Shown: positions 38,633-49,011, counted from the first letter of the stretch. The stretch: 64,000 nt of DNA from Alphaproteobacteria bacterium (GCA_965216755.1 CBDCGL010000011.1:768001-832000), one strand, 5' to 3'. The notes: generated by a model not told the origin, from the sequence alone. Made by a program: numbers and translations.

Positions 38633-39523
38633 TTATATTTCTGAGATCATAAAATCGATGAATGCGCGGACTTTCGGGGCCTGAAATCGTCCAGGCGGGT
38701 AGAGGGCGTGGACACCCAATTGCCGCTCCGGCACGTCGTCAAATTCTGACAGAATTCGGGTAAGCGTACCGACCTCGATAGGTGGTGTGGCAATAAAGGC
38801 CGGCAGAACGGCGATCCCAATGCCTGCCACCGCGGCGTCCCTCAATACCTCACCATTGTTGGCCGTGAGGGAACCCGAAACGGGAACCCGGATCTCTCGT
38901 CCGCTTTGACTAGAAAAGCGCCACTCGTTGCCGGTCTCGCCGTGCGAGTAGATCAAGCAGTTGTGCTGTCGGAGGTCATCCGGACAACCCGGTGTGCCTG
39001 CTCTATCGAGATATGTCGGGCTCGCGCAGACAACATGTGGCGCGCTACAGATCCGACGTGCGATCAGGCTTGAATCTGGAAGCCGGGCGATACGTATCAC
39101 GACATCGTAATGTCCTGCGAGCACATCAATGATCTGGTCGTCCAAACAAAGATCAATCGTTAGGTCTGGGTACCTTTTCAAGAATTTTGGCAGGCGTGGC
39201 GCTACGTGAAGAGTGCCGAAGCTCATCGGTGCGTTGACTCGCAAGACACCTGTCGGTTTTGCCTGAAGTAGATTGACGGCTTCCTGAGCTTCCTGGGCTT
39301 CGGCGACAATGGCCCGCGCACGTTCGTAAAACGCTTCCCCAGCCTCGGTCATTACCACGGTACGCGTGGTGCGGTTCAAGAGACGCGCCCCGAGTCGTGC
39401 CTCAAGCCGACTAATCTGTTTGCTGACTGTCGACTTGGACACGCCGAGCGTCTTCGCGGCTTGACTAAATCCGCCCGCCGCGACGACTTGCGCGAAAATC
39501 CAATATCCGGAAAGTGGGTCCAT
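38633..39523 (-). CDS. LysR family transcriptional regulator (CrgA/AaeR-like)
   Basis: GFSQAAKTLGVSKSTVSKQISRLEARLGARLLNRTTR HTH; PKVRAFIDF C-terminus. Confidence 0.93.
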   Translation of the reverse strand: MDPLSGYWIFAQVVAAGGFSQAAKTLGVSKSTVSKQISRLEARLGARLLNRTTRTVVMTEAGEAFYERARAIVAEAQEAQEAVNLLQAKPTGVLRVNAPMSFGTLHVAPRLPKFLKRYPDLTIDLCLDDQIIDVLAGHYDVVIRIARLPDSSLIARRICSAPHVVCASPTYLDRAGTPGCPDDLRQHNCLIYSHGETGNEWRFSSQSGREIRVPVSGSLTANNGEVLRDAAVAGIGIAVLPAFIATPPIEVGTLTRILSEFDDVPERQLGVHALYPPGRFQAPKVRAFIDFMISEI

Positions 39524-39528
39524 GCTGA

Positions 39529-39551
39529 ATTGTTGCTCACTTAGAAACAAT
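39529..39551. promoter_or_regulatory. LysR binding site (T-N11-A inverted repeat)
   Basis: ATTGTT-N11-AACAAT in the divergent LysR/GST intergenic region. Confidence 0.65.
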
Positions 39552-39669
39552 GATATGAAAATTTAACAGATTGTCTATTCAAAGAGCATCAGCTACCTAA
39601 GGACGAAGCGCAATGCAATCCGGTCCACCGCGACGCCGCCCTGGACCGATGTGGCCAGGGAGAACGACG

Positions 39670-40632
39670 ATGGGAATGCTTGTTGACGGCGTTTGGCGCG
39701 ACGAATGGTACGACACCAAACGTAGCGGCGGTCGATTCGTTCGCAAGGACGCCAGTTTCCGTGGTTGGATTTCGGCCGATGGATCGACGGCATTTCCAGC
39801 CGAAGCGGGGCGCTACCACCTCTATGTTTCGTACGCGTGTCCGTGGGCGCATCGAACTTTGATTTTTCGGCGCCTAAAAGGCTTAGAGGACGCCATTGGC
39901 ATCAGCGTCGTGGCACCACTAATGCTGGAAAACGGGTGGGTGCTCGATGCGGGTGCTGATCCGGTAAACGAAGCCAGGTTCCTGCATGAGATATATACGC
40001 GTGCGAAACCCGACTATACGGGCCGGGTCACCGTGCCGGTCCTCTGGGACAAACAGACGATGGCGATCGTAAACAACGAGTCATCTGAGATCATCCGGAT
40101 GATGAATCACGGTTTTGGGGATCTGGCCCAGGGGCCGGACTTCTATCCCGCATCTCTCAGGGGCAAGATCGATGACCTCAATGCGTGGATTTACAGCGAC
40201 ATCAACAACGGCGTCTATCGCGCCGGATTCGCGACCACGCAAGCGGCATACGACGAGGCCGTCATGACTCTTTTTTCAGCGTTGGATCGGGTCGAAACGA
40301 TCTTGTCGAAAAACCGTTATCTGACCGGCCCGCAGCTGACCGAAGCTGATTGGCGCCTGTTCACAACGCTGTTGCGGTTCGACGCTGTGTATCACGGCCA
40401 TTTCAAGTGTAATGTGCGCCGCCTGGTCGACTGTCCAAACATCTGGGGATATTTGCGTGAGCTCTACCAGGTTCCAGGTGTCGCCGGGACGGTCCACATG
40501 GACCACATCAAAGGCCATTATTATGGCAGCCATCGCAGTATCAACCCGACTGGAATCGTCCCCATGGGTCCACAGTTGGAATTCGAGACGCCGCACGGTC
40601 GGGACAAATCCGGCCAAGCACATGCGGCGTGA
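39670..40632 (+). CDS. yqjG: Glutathionyl-hydroquinone reductase (GST Xi/omega-like)
   Basis: MGMLVDGVW, RYHLYVSYACPWAHR, RVTVPVLWD, NNESSEI, NNGVYRAGFA, HFKCN. Confidence 0.92.
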   Translation: MGMLVDGVWRDEWYDTKRSGGRFVRKDASFRGWISADGSTAFPAEAGRYHLYVSYACPWAHRTLIFRRLKGLEDAIGISVVAPLMLENGWVLDAGADPVNEARFLHEIYTRAKPDYTGRVTVPVLWDKQTMAIVNNESSEIIRMMNHGFGDLAQGPDFYPASLRGKIDDLNAWIYSDINNGVYRAGFATTQAAYDEAVMTLFSALDRVETILSKNRYLTGPQLTEADWRLFTTLLRFDAVYHGHFKCNVRRLVDCPNIWGYLRELYQVPGVAGTVHMDHIKGHYYGSHRSINPTGIVPMGPQLEFETPHGRDKSGQAHAA

Positions 40633-40831
40633 TTGAACTCTTTGGGCTGATACGTTCTCCGCCGCTTCGTCACCGCCTGGAACCGACTGGTCACGCGGTG
40701 CAATTGAGGTCAATCACGGCCGCGGCCGAGTGCATATCACCCGCGCGCCAACCTTCGGATGACTCAAGTCGGTTTGTTGGTATTGTTGGCGCCGTGACGA
40801 AACGGTCAGTCAACAGGGGCCAACGATACGA

Positions 40832-42088
40832 ATGGATCACGAAGCACCGGCCATACCCACGCAGCACCTTCCGCGTTTGCCCGTCGGCGGCGGTTTTCAA
40901 ATGCTGCGAGGGATCACCGTTGTCGATCTGACCACGTCTCTCGCGGGCCCATACGCATCCATGTTGCTCGGCGATTTCGGCGCCGATATCTTGAAAGTGG
41001 AACGGCACGACGTTGGCGATGACTCGCGCGCCTGGGGCCCGCCATTTCTTGATGGCCACTCGTTGATGTTCGTTTCGGTCAATCGCAATAAGCGCAGCAT
41101 TGGGCTCGACCTCACATCACCGTCAGGACGTGCCGTATTTGAAGACTTGGTCAAGTGCGCCGACGTGGTGTTGAGCAATCAACCGAGACAGGTGCAACGC
41201 AAATTGCGGATCGACTATGAGACCCTCCAATCACTAAGGCCTGGCTTGATATATGCGGCGATTACCGGCTTTGGATTGACCGGCGCGCGCGCCGACTATA
41301 CCGGCTATGACCTTGTTGCCGAGGGTTATTCGGGGGTTATGGACATCACTGGCGAGGCCGATGGACCGCCGCAAAAGGTCGGTACACCCGCCGCTGATAT
41401 GCTGGCCGGTCAAGATGCCGCGATGGCGGTCCTGGCGGCGTTGTTTGAACGCACACGGACAGGCGCGGGTTGCCTGATCGATATCTCGCTTGTTGAAAGC
41501 ATGACAAGGTTTCTCGGCAGTCGCATCGTGCCTTACCTCGGTTCCGGAACCGTGCCGCGGCGCTCAGGCGCGAAAGATAGCGTGATCGCCGTCTATCAGT
41601 CATTCGATACGGCTGATCATCCCATTACGCTGGGCTTGCCCTCCGAACCGATTTGGAAGCGTTTTTGGGCGGCGGTTGGGCGACCGGAACGGGCGACTGC
41701 CGCGGGCATGACATCGAATGCCGAGCGGCGCAAGGATCGCGCCAGCATCGTCCAGGAAATACAGGGGCTGCTACGTGATCGGCCACGCGATACCTGGCTG
41801 AACATTTTTGCCGCAGCCCGCGTACCGGCAGGACCGATCAACCGGGTCGACGAGGTTACCCAAGATGGGCCCTTGCGCGAACGAGGGCTTTTCTATGCGG
41901 TCGACGACCGCGGCACGTTGCTGCCGCAAGTCGGTTTCGGCATTCATGTCGACGGAGAAAAAGCATTGCCTCATCGGCCGCCACCACGTTTGGGCGCGCA
42001 CACAGTAGAGGTTCTGCGCGATAAGCTGGGTTACAGCGAATCGCGGATTGCCGATCTGCGCACAGCCGGGGCCATAACGGAAGGATGA
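40832..42088 (+). CDS. CaiB/BaiF (family III) CoA-transferase
   Basis: AGPYASMLLGDFGA, VNRNKRS, GYDLVA, PPPRLGAHT; alternative start at 40901. Confidence 0.9.
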   Translation: MDHEAPAIPTQHLPRLPVGGGFQMLRGITVVDLTTSLAGPYASMLLGDFGADILKVERHDVGDDSRAWGPPFLDGHSLMFVSVNRNKRSIGLDLTSPSGRAVFEDLVKCADVVLSNQPRQVQRKLRIDYETLQSLRPGLIYAAITGFGLTGARADYTGYDLVAEGYSGVMDITGEADGPPQKVGTPAADMLAGQDAAMAVLAALFERTRTGAGCLIDISLVESMTRFLGSRIVPYLGSGTVPRRSGAKDSVIAVYQSFDTADHPITLGLPSEPIWKRFWAAVGRPERATAAGMTSNAERRKDRASIVQEIQGLLRDRPRDTWLNIFAAARVPAGPINRVDEVTQDGPLRERGLFYAVDDRGTLLPQVGFGIHVDGEKALPHRPPPRLGAHTVEVLRDKLGYSESRIADLRTAGAITEG

Positions 42089-42093
42089 TCGCA

Positions 42094-42879
42094 ATGACCG
42101 ACGCATTCGAAGACATCCTTTTTCACGAAGATGGCCCGATCGCCACGATCACGCTGAATCGCCCGGATGATGGCAATATGTTCACGCCGCGCATGTGTCA
42201 TGAAATACGTGATTGCGTCGAAGCGGTCCGTCGCGAGACACGCACACGCGTAATCGTCATCACCGGCGCCGGTGAGAAATTCTTTTGCATTGGTGGACGC
42301 AAGGAAGGCATGGAAGATACGCGGCTGTATGCGGGCGTGCTGCCGACCCTGGAAATGTATGAGGCCATTGATCGCGTACAAAAACCGGTGATCGCTAGCG
42401 TCAATGGCTTTGCCGTTGGTGGCGGCAATGTGCTGCAAATGGTCTGCGATTTGACCATCGCCAAGGCGAGCGCCGTGTTTCGGCAGGTTGGCCCGATGAT
42501 GGGGTCGTTCGACGCCGGTTATGGCACTTGGTATCTGGAGGATTTGGTCGGAAAGAAGCGTGCTAAGGAAATTTGGTATTGCAACCAAAAGATCTCGGCG
42601 GCCGATGCTTTGGCCATGGGATTGGTCAACCGGGTTGTTGCTGATGACACCTTGGTTGATGAGACGCGCAAGTTTGCGCTGGAAGTCGCAGATCGCGGTG
42701 CGTTTGCTTTGGCCTCAATAAAGGCCGCGTTTAATGCCCGTCACGGCGGCGTCGGTGGATTGGCACGGATGGCGCATGACCTGTTATTGCGTCAATATCT
42801 CGCCAGCGACGAATCAAAAGAGCTGGCCGCGGCGTTTGGTGAACGGCGCGCACCCGACAGCAAAAAATTCGGCCACTAG
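42094..42879 (+). CDS. BadI/MenB-like crotonase (2-ketocyclohexanecarboxyl-CoA hydrolase-like)
   Basis: AVGGGNVLQMVCDLTIA, QVGPMMGSFDAGYG, GKKRAKEIW. Confidence 0.8.
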   Translation: MTDAFEDILFHEDGPIATITLNRPDDGNMFTPRMCHEIRDCVEAVRRETRTRVIVITGAGEKFFCIGGRKEGMEDTRLYAGVLPTLEMYEAIDRVQKPVIASVNGFAVGGGNVLQMVCDLTIAKASAVFRQVGPMMGSFDAGYGTWYLEDLVGKKRAKEIWYCNQKISAADALAMGLVNRVVADDTLVDETRKFALEVADRGAFALASIKAAFNARHGGVGGLARMAHDLLLRQYLASDESKELAAAFGERRAPDSKKFGH

Positions 42880-42893
42880 TTCCAAACCCCGGC

Positions 42894-44504
42894 GTGCGTC
42901 CGTTTCTGACCCTTCACGATCCGTCACTTGCCAAGGTCTACTACAAGCGAGGCCTTTGGCAATCGGACACGTTTTATACTTTGCTGGCGAAGCATGCCAC
43001 TGACCGTCCACAACAGCCTGCGCTGCGTGACGGCCGACGTATACTGACATGGCGCGATCTCCATTCCCACGTTGACGGCGCCGGCGCCGCCATGCGCGCG
43101 CTCGGCCTCATTGCGGGTGATCGGGTGTCGATTTGGTTGTCCAATCGCGCAGAGGCCGTGATCACATTCCTTGCGTGCTCGCGTGAGGGGTTTGCCTGCA
43201 ATCCATCACTCCATCGCACATATACCTCGGGCGAAGTAGTCGAACTTCTTGGCCAACTGAACAGCCGCGTTTTGGTTACCGAAAATGGCTGGGGCGCCGG
43301 AGGCCAAAGCGAAGATGTGGAGGATGCCGGGCTCTGTCTTAAAGCGATTTACGTGCCCGCTAATTACCCAAGACCGATCACTGAACCTGCCAATCCGCCG
43401 GCGCCCAACCCGGATCGGGTTTCCTATTTGGCGTTCACGTCCGGCACCACGGGCACGCCGAAATGCGTCATGCATTCGGACAATACGCTGCTGGCCAACG
43501 CCCGCGACATGGTCCGCGATTGGAGCGTCGGGCCTGAGACAAAACTGCTTACGTTAAGCCCACTGTCACATCACATCGCTTGGGTCGCCGTCGCGCAATG
43601 GTTAGTCAGCGGCTGTTTTCTGATCACTGACGATCCGCCCAAAGACGTTTCACGCCTCGATTGGTTGACCGAGACGGGTGCGACCTATGTGATGGGCGTG
43701 CCAACCCATGCCATGGATATATTGGCGGCACAGAAGGAACGGGGCCAAGAGCGCTTGGGTGCTGTAAAGACATTTTATATGGCCGGCGCACCCATTCCAC
43801 CCGCGGTCGCCGAAGCGTTCGTTGCGCAGAATATCAAGCCGCAGAATATCTATGGCATGACCGAGAACTCCTCGCATCAATTCACACATCCGGACGATGA
43901 TATTCAAACAGCGATCGCAACATGTGGGCGCGGCGGTCCGGCTTACGAGGTCAGAATTTTTGACGCTGAAGACCCGGACCGACTCTGTGATGTTGGTGAA
44001 ACCGGACAAATCGGCGGACGTGGTGCTGCGTTGATGTTGGGATATTTCGACAATCAGAAGGCGACACAAGAAAGCTTCAACGCCGACGGCTGGTTTTTGT
44101 CAGGTGATCTTGGATCCTTGGACGCCGCCGGCAATTTGCGGATAGAAGGTCGTTTGAAAGATCTGATTATCCGCGGCGGCCACAATATCTATCCGAGCCG
44201 CATCGAAGCGTTGGCGGTGCGCCACCCGGCAGTCGACAAAGCCGCGGCGTTTCCGATACCAGACACGCGTCTTGGCGAAAAAGTATGCCTCGCGGTGATC
44301 GGTGCCATCGGCGCCGATGATTTGCTGCGGCATCTCGACCGCGAAGGGCTGTCAAGATATGACATGCCAGAGTATTTTCTCGCTGTGGAAAGCTTTCCAT
44401 TGACGGCGAGCGGCAAAATACTGAAACGTGAATTGGTGTCGCAGCTTCGGGCTGGGACGATCGCACCGCAGGCTTGTCGGTTCGCCCCCCCAGAAAAGGG
44501 ATAG
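42894..44504 (+). CDS. Acyl-CoA ligase (AliA cyclohexanecarboxylate-CoA ligase-like)
   Basis: FTSGTTGTPKCVMHSDNT, YGMTE, WFLSGD, GRLKDLIIRGGHNI, PLTASGKILK. Confidence 0.82.
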   Translation: MRPFLTLHDPSLAKVYYKRGLWQSDTFYTLLAKHATDRPQQPALRDGRRILTWRDLHSHVDGAGAAMRALGLIAGDRVSIWLSNRAEAVITFLACSREGFACNPSLHRTYTSGEVVELLGQLNSRVLVTENGWGAGGQSEDVEDAGLCLKAIYVPANYPRPITEPANPPAPNPDRVSYLAFTSGTTGTPKCVMHSDNTLLANARDMVRDWSVGPETKLLTLSPLSHHIAWVAVAQWLVSGCFLITDDPPKDVSRLDWLTETGATYVMGVPTHAMDILAAQKERGQERLGAVKTFYMAGAPIPPAVAEAFVAQNIKPQNIYGMTENSSHQFTHPDDDIQTAIATCGRGGPAYEVRIFDAEDPDRLCDVGETGQIGGRGAALMLGYFDNQKATQESFNADGWFLSGDLGSLDAAGNLRIEGRLKDLIIRGGHNIYPSRIEALAVRHPAVDKAAAFPIPDTRLGEKVCLAVIGAIGADDLLRHLDREGLSRYDMPEYFLAVESFPLTASGKILKRELVSQLRAGTIAPQACRFAPPEKG

Positions 44505-44513
44505 ATTGATCCC

Positions 44514-45284
44514 GTGAGCCATGTCATCACGACCCGACGCGACAGTGTCGCCATCGTCACGCTGGACAGACAGGATGCCCTCAATGCCCTGTCGTTTGAA
44601 ATCATTGAAGATATTGGTCGGGCGATAGATCGGGCCGCGACGGCAAATGCGCGCGCATTGCTGTTTGTCGGCGCCGGCACGAAGGCCTTTTGCGCCGGGG
44701 CAGACATCAAGGAACTGAGGGGCCGAACAATGGCCCAGCAGGAGCACGGCTTTGAGACGGCGCACCGGATTTTCTCCAAGCTCGATACACTGCCGATTCC
44801 ATCGATCGCCATGATCAACGGCTATGCGTTTGGCGGCGGTCTTGAGTTGGCGCTGGCATGCACGTTTCGCCTGGCGACCCCGAACGCCAAGATGGGACAG
44901 CCCGAGATCAAATTAGGCCTCATCCCGGGGTATGGCGGTACCCAGCGTCTACCGCGCGTGGTCGGCGAGGCGCGGGCGCTGGACTTGATCATGACGGGAC
45001 GCACAATCGATGCAGACGAAGCCGCTCAGATCGGGTTGGTCACCGCGGTTGTGGAGGGCGACCCCATTGAGGCGGCGATTGCCTTTGCATCCAGTTTCAC
45101 AAAGTACAGCTTGCCGGTACTCCGTTTCGCCCGCGATGCCGTCAAACGCGCCTTGGATCTTCCCATTCATGAAGGACTAAAGGTTGAGGCCGATCTTGCC
45201 ACGTTGGCGTTTCAGACCGACGATGCCGCGGAAGGCGCGGCCGCTTTCGAAGAAAAGCGATCTCCGAATTTCTCCGATAGCTGA
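44514..45284 (+). CDS. Enoyl-CoA hydratase (BadK/crotonase-like)
   Basis: [34 protein letters not shown]. Confidence 0.88.
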   Translation: MSHVITTRRDSVAIVTLDRQDALNALSFEIIEDIGRAIDRAATANARALLFVGAGTKAFCAGADIKELRGRTMAQQEHGFETAHRIFSKLDTLPIPSIAMINGYAFGGGLELALACTFRLATPNAKMGQPEIKLGLIPGYGGTQRLPRVVGEARALDLIMTGRTIDADEAAQIGLVTAVVEGDPIEAAIAFASSFTKYSLPVLRFARDAVKRALDLPIHEGLKVEADLATLAFQTDDAAEGAAAFEEKRSPNFSDS

Positions 45285-45311
45285 ACGACAGGCGAGCGCC
45301 CCGACAGAAGC

Positions 45312-46478
45312 ATGAAGATCTTTGAACAGATTGCGCAACGCCGAGAGTGGTCTGACGAAGAGCGCTTGTTGTTGGATACAGTGCGTCGCGTGGCCGATGA
45401 AAAGATTGGGCCAAATGCCAAACGGTATGACGAAACGGCGACGTTTCCGACCGATAGCGTCGCGGCCGTGAACACACTTGGCCTGAACGGTATCTTTGTC
45501 CCCGACGCCTATGGCGGCGCGTTGATGTCATACCGGGCTTATCTCGCCTGTGTCAGTTTGGTCTCGGCGGCTTGTGCCTCAACGGGCATCATTTATGCGA
45601 CCAATTTCCATGCCATGAAGCCGCTGATCGACATGGGAACCGAAGCGCAGAAGAGCCGGTTACTACCGCGCATTGCGACAGGTGGATTGGCCGCCCTGGC
45701 CATTACCGAACCAAATGCCGGATCGGACGCGACAGGGATGACAACGCGGTTCACGCCCGACGGTGACGATATCATTATCGATGGCGGCAAGATCTTCATC
45801 ACCAATGGCGGTGTTGCCGATCTCTATTTGCTGTTCGGCAAATGGTCAGAGATTGACGACCCGCGCGGCGCTCTGTCGGCTTTGGTTATCGAAAAGGGCA
45901 CGCCTGGGCTTTCGATCGGCAAACTAGAAAAGAAACTCGGTCACCGCGCATCATCAACCGCCGCGATTAATTTCGAAAATTGCCGTGTGTCCCGACAAAA
46001 TTTGTTGGGGGCGCCAGGTGATGGCCTCGCGATTCTACTTGCCTCACTCAACAAATCACGACCCTCAATCGCCGCTCACGCGCTGGGTATTGCCCAAGCG
46101 GCATTTCAGGACATGGTTGCGTACATGAATGAACGCGCGCAGTCGGGGCGCAAGATCATTGCGTTCCAAGGCAATCAGTTCTTGTTGGCCGACTTGGCGT
46201 CAGAACTTGCTATGTGCGAAGTTTGGCTCGACCATGTCGCCGCAATGGTCGAAAGTGGCGAGGGCGATATCGGCCTCGCGGCCTCGATCGCCAAAATGCG
46301 CGCCTCCGACCTAGCGATGCGCATGACGACAGAAGCCGTGCAGATGCATGGCGGTTACGGCTATTGCGCGGACTTTCGAGTCGAACGATTGATGCGCGAT
46401 GCCAAGATTACGCAAATCTGGGAAGGCACCAACCAAATTCACCGCCAACTGATTGGGCGGAGTTTCGCGGACCGATGA
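45312..46478 (+). CDS. Acyl-CoA dehydrogenase
   Basis: TEPNAGSD, KIFITNG, QMHGGYGY, RDAKITQIWEGTNQI. Confidence 0.92.
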   Translation: MKIFEQIAQRREWSDEERLLLDTVRRVADEKIGPNAKRYDETATFPTDSVAAVNTLGLNGIFVPDAYGGALMSYRAYLACVSLVSAACASTGIIYATNFHAMKPLIDMGTEAQKSRLLPRIATGGLAALAITEPNAGSDATGMTTRFTPDGDDIIIDGGKIFITNGGVADLYLLFGKWSEIDDPRGALSALVIEKGTPGLSIGKLEKKLGHRASSTAAINFENCRVSRQNLLGAPGDGLAILLASLNKSRPSIAAHALGIAQAAFQDMVAYMNERAQSGRKIIAFQGNQFLLADLASELAMCEVWLDHVAAMVESGEGDIGLAASIAKMRASDLAMRMTTEAVQMHGGYGYCADFRVERLMRDAKITQIWEGTNQIHRQLIGRSFADR

Positions 46479-47356
46479 CGACCGATATCAAGACTGTCGG
46501 CATAGCCGGCGCGGGCGGTACCATGGGCGCGGGGATCGCCATCGTCGCGGCACGTGCCGGGTTTCGCGTTGTCGCCTTCGATTCCGATCAGGCGGCGCTT
46601 GCACGCGCCGACACGCAGACCAATGGATTCTTCGCCGAATCGGTGGCGCGCGGCAAATTGAACATGGCGGAGGTCTACGCGATATTGGCCAACTACAATC
46701 GCACCGGCGATCTCGAGCAGCTGAGCCAGTGCGACCTGGTTATCGAAGCCGTATTCGAAGACTTGGAAACCAAGCAAATGCTGTTTCGTGCGCTCAACCG
46801 CATTTGCCCCGATCACACAATCTTCGCATCCAACACGTCAACTCTTTCGATCACCGAGATTGCATCTGGCTGCGGCCGCGAAGATCGCGTCGTTGGCATG
46901 CATTTTTGCTTGCCCGCACAGCTAATGAAACTCATCGAGATGTCGCCGGGACTGAATACGTCGGCCAGAACGTTGGAGACCGCGTGGGCATGGACCGAAA
47001 CGTGCGGTCAAATACCGGTCAAAACTCAAGACAAACCGGGCTTCATTCTCAATGCGCTCTTGGTGCCGTTCAATAACGACGTGATCCGTGCCGTCGAAAC
47101 CGGCGTCGCGGCGCCTGGCGATATAGACACCGCGATCAAGACCGCGCTTGGCTACAAGATGGGGCCATGCGAGTTGGTCGACCTGATCGGTTTGGATACG
47201 CAAGTGCGTCTTTGCGAAGCGTTTTACCCGGTCACGTTGGACCCACGCGCGGCCGCGCCGCCACTGCTGCGTCGTATGGTCGCGGCCGGGCATCTGGGCC
47301 GCAAATCGGGTCGCGGCTTTTACACGTATGACGGCGATGCGATGTTTGGAGGATAA
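46475..47356 (+). CDS. 3-hydroxyacyl-CoA dehydrogenase (NAD-binding + C-terminal domain)
   Basis: GAGGTMGAG, IEAVFE, ASNTST, GMHFCLP, PGFILN, GRKSGRGFY; ATGA overlap. Confidence 0.88.
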   Translation: MTTDIKTVGIAGAGGTMGAGIAIVAARAGFRVVAFDSDQAALARADTQTNGFFAESVARGKLNMAEVYAILANYNRTGDLEQLSQCDLVIEAVFEDLETKQMLFRALNRICPDHTIFASNTSTLSITEIASGCGREDRVVGMHFCLPAQLMKLIEMSPGLNTSARTLETAWAWTETCGQIPVKTQDKPGFILNALLVPFNNDVIRAVETGVAAPGDIDTAIKTALGYKMGPCELVDLIGLDTQVRLCEAFYPVTLDPRAAAPPLLRRMVAAGHLGRKSGRGFYTYDGDAMFGG

Positions 47357-47357
47357 T

Positions 47358-47981
47358 ATGGGCTACGTTGTTGTTCAGAATGGCGAAAGCCCGTCTTTTC
47401 CGACGGGGGATCCATTTGTCGCCGCTGCCGCTGAGGCGGGCGAGGTCGTCGTCTATCTTGGCCAGACGGTCGTCGCCGACCCAAACAAGACAGCCATTTT
47501 GGTCGAGTTGGGCACGGAGTGCCTCGGCGTCCACACCGGCGAGGACGCGGGGCGCGAGGGGTCCAACATTCTCGGCTTCGCGCGTTATCGCAACGGTTTG
47601 GACGAACCATCGCAGCTCATCGAACTTGTTCGGCAACCGAATAGCGCGCAAAGCGCCATTGCGGCCGCGCGGTCGGTATTCGAATCGGCCGGGTTCACGG
47701 TCGTTGTATGCGGTGATCAGGCCGGGCGAATCGTCGACCGCTTGGTCCGTCCCAAATACAACGATGCGCTCAGGCTGCTCGATGAGGGCTTGGCGACCGC
47801 CGAGGCTATTGACACAACCTGTCGCCTTGGACTCGGTTACGCGGATGGGCCGATTGAACGCGTTGCGCGCGGTGGTCTTGGTCATCATCACGACGTCTGT
47901 GCCGCGTTGTTCCAAATCTTTGGAACGCCGGCCTACGCGCCGGCCCGCAGGGCTGTTGTGGCGAAAGCACGCGAAACGTGA
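47358..47981 (+). CDS. 3-hydroxyacyl-CoA dehydrogenase C-terminal-domain protein (no Rossmann motif)
   Basis: GGAGG RBS; LIELV, AGRIVDRL..NDA..G.ATAEAID..LGLGY..GP; no GxGxxG. Confidence 0.75.
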   Translation: MGYVVVQNGESPSFPTGDPFVAAAAEAGEVVVYLGQTVVADPNKTAILVELGTECLGVHTGEDAGREGSNILGFARYRNGLDEPSQLIELVRQPNSAQSAIAAARSVFESAGFTVVVCGDQAGRIVDRLVRPKYNDALRLLDEGLATAEAIDTTCRLGLGYADGPIERVARGGLGHHHDVCAALFQIFGTPAYAPARRAVVAKARET

Positions 47982-48017
47982 GCATTCGCAGCCGGTAACG
48001 GACGGAATGGTGCGATC

Positions 48018-49010
48018 ATGAAAGCCGTGTGGGTCGATTGTTTTGCGCCTATCGACGAAATCTCGATGGCCGACGTGCCGGATCCAACACCTGGCCCGGG
48101 TCAGGTCCAGGTGGCGGTACGCGCGGTGGAGGCCAACTATCCCGACATCCTGGTGATCGAAGGCCTCTATCAGGTAAAGCCGCCGTTGCCGTTTGCGCCG
48201 GGGAAAGCGGCGGCCGGTACTGTCACGGCACTCGGGCCCGATGTCACCACTTTGTCGTCCGGCGACCACGTCGCGGTTCAGGTCGAATATGGAGCGTATG
48301 CTGAGAAGCTCGTTGCGGATACGACGACCTGTTATCCGATGCCGGAGGGGATGTCGTTCGAGGTCGGCGCTGCGCTCGGATTGGTTTACCAAACGGCACA
48401 TTTTGCTTTGGTCGATCGCGCCGGATTCGAAGTCGGTGAGACCGTGCTCGTGCTCGGTGCGTCTGGCGGTATCGGGACGGCGAGCGTGCAGCTTGCCAAG
48501 GCGCTCGGCGCCGCGACGGTCATCGCCGGTGTTTTGGGCGACGCCAACGCGCAAGTCGCGACGGCGGCCGGCGCGGATCATGTCATCGATTTGGACATGG
48601 ATGAACTGCATAGCGGTGTGCGCGCGGCCGTGCATGAGGTAACTGACGGAAGGGGCGTCGACATTGTCATCGATCCGGTTGGCGGCGCCGCCAATGCGGC
48701 GGCGTTGCGAGCGATGGCCTGGTGTGGCCGCATGGTGATCATCGGCTTCGCGTCCGGGGAAATTCCTTCGATCAAGGCCAACTATTTGTTGGTGAAGAAC
48801 ATTTCGGTCGCCGGCATCCAATGGTCCGACTACCGCGAACGGCAGCCGCGCAGGGTGGCGAAGGTCCAAGAACAGATTTTTGGTTTATGGGCGAGGGGCC
48901 TGCTCAATCCCCAGATTAGTCAAACGCTGCCTCTTGCAAGGTTCGCCGACGGACTGGGTATGTTGAAGGCCGGCGAATCGCAGGGCAAAATCATCTTGAC
49001 GGTTCCCTAA
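48018..49010 (+). CDS. NADPH:quinone oxidoreductase / MDR family
   Basis: NYPD..G.YQVKPPLPFAPG, VLGASGGIG, GRGVDIVIDPVGG, IGFASG. Confidence 0.9.
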   Translation: MKAVWVDCFAPIDEISMADVPDPTPGPGQVQVAVRAVEANYPDILVIEGLYQVKPPLPFAPGKAAAGTVTALGPDVTTLSSGDHVAVQVEYGAYAEKLVADTTTCYPMPEGMSFEVGAALGLVYQTAHFALVDRAGFEVGETVLVLGASGGIGTASVQLAKALGAATVIAGVLGDANAQVATAAGADHVIDLDMDELHSGVRAAVHEVTDGRGVDIVIDPVGGAANAAALRAMAWCGRMVIIGFASGEIPSIKANYLLVKNISVAGIQWSDYRERQPRRVAKVQEQIFGLWARGLLNPQISQTLPLARFADGLGMLKAGESQGKIILTVP

Positions 49011-49011
49011 G

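Noticed and set aside
47232-48869. 545-aa minus-strand ORF
   Set aside because: Antisense shadow of well-supported plus-strand genes in high-GC DNA; no motifs.
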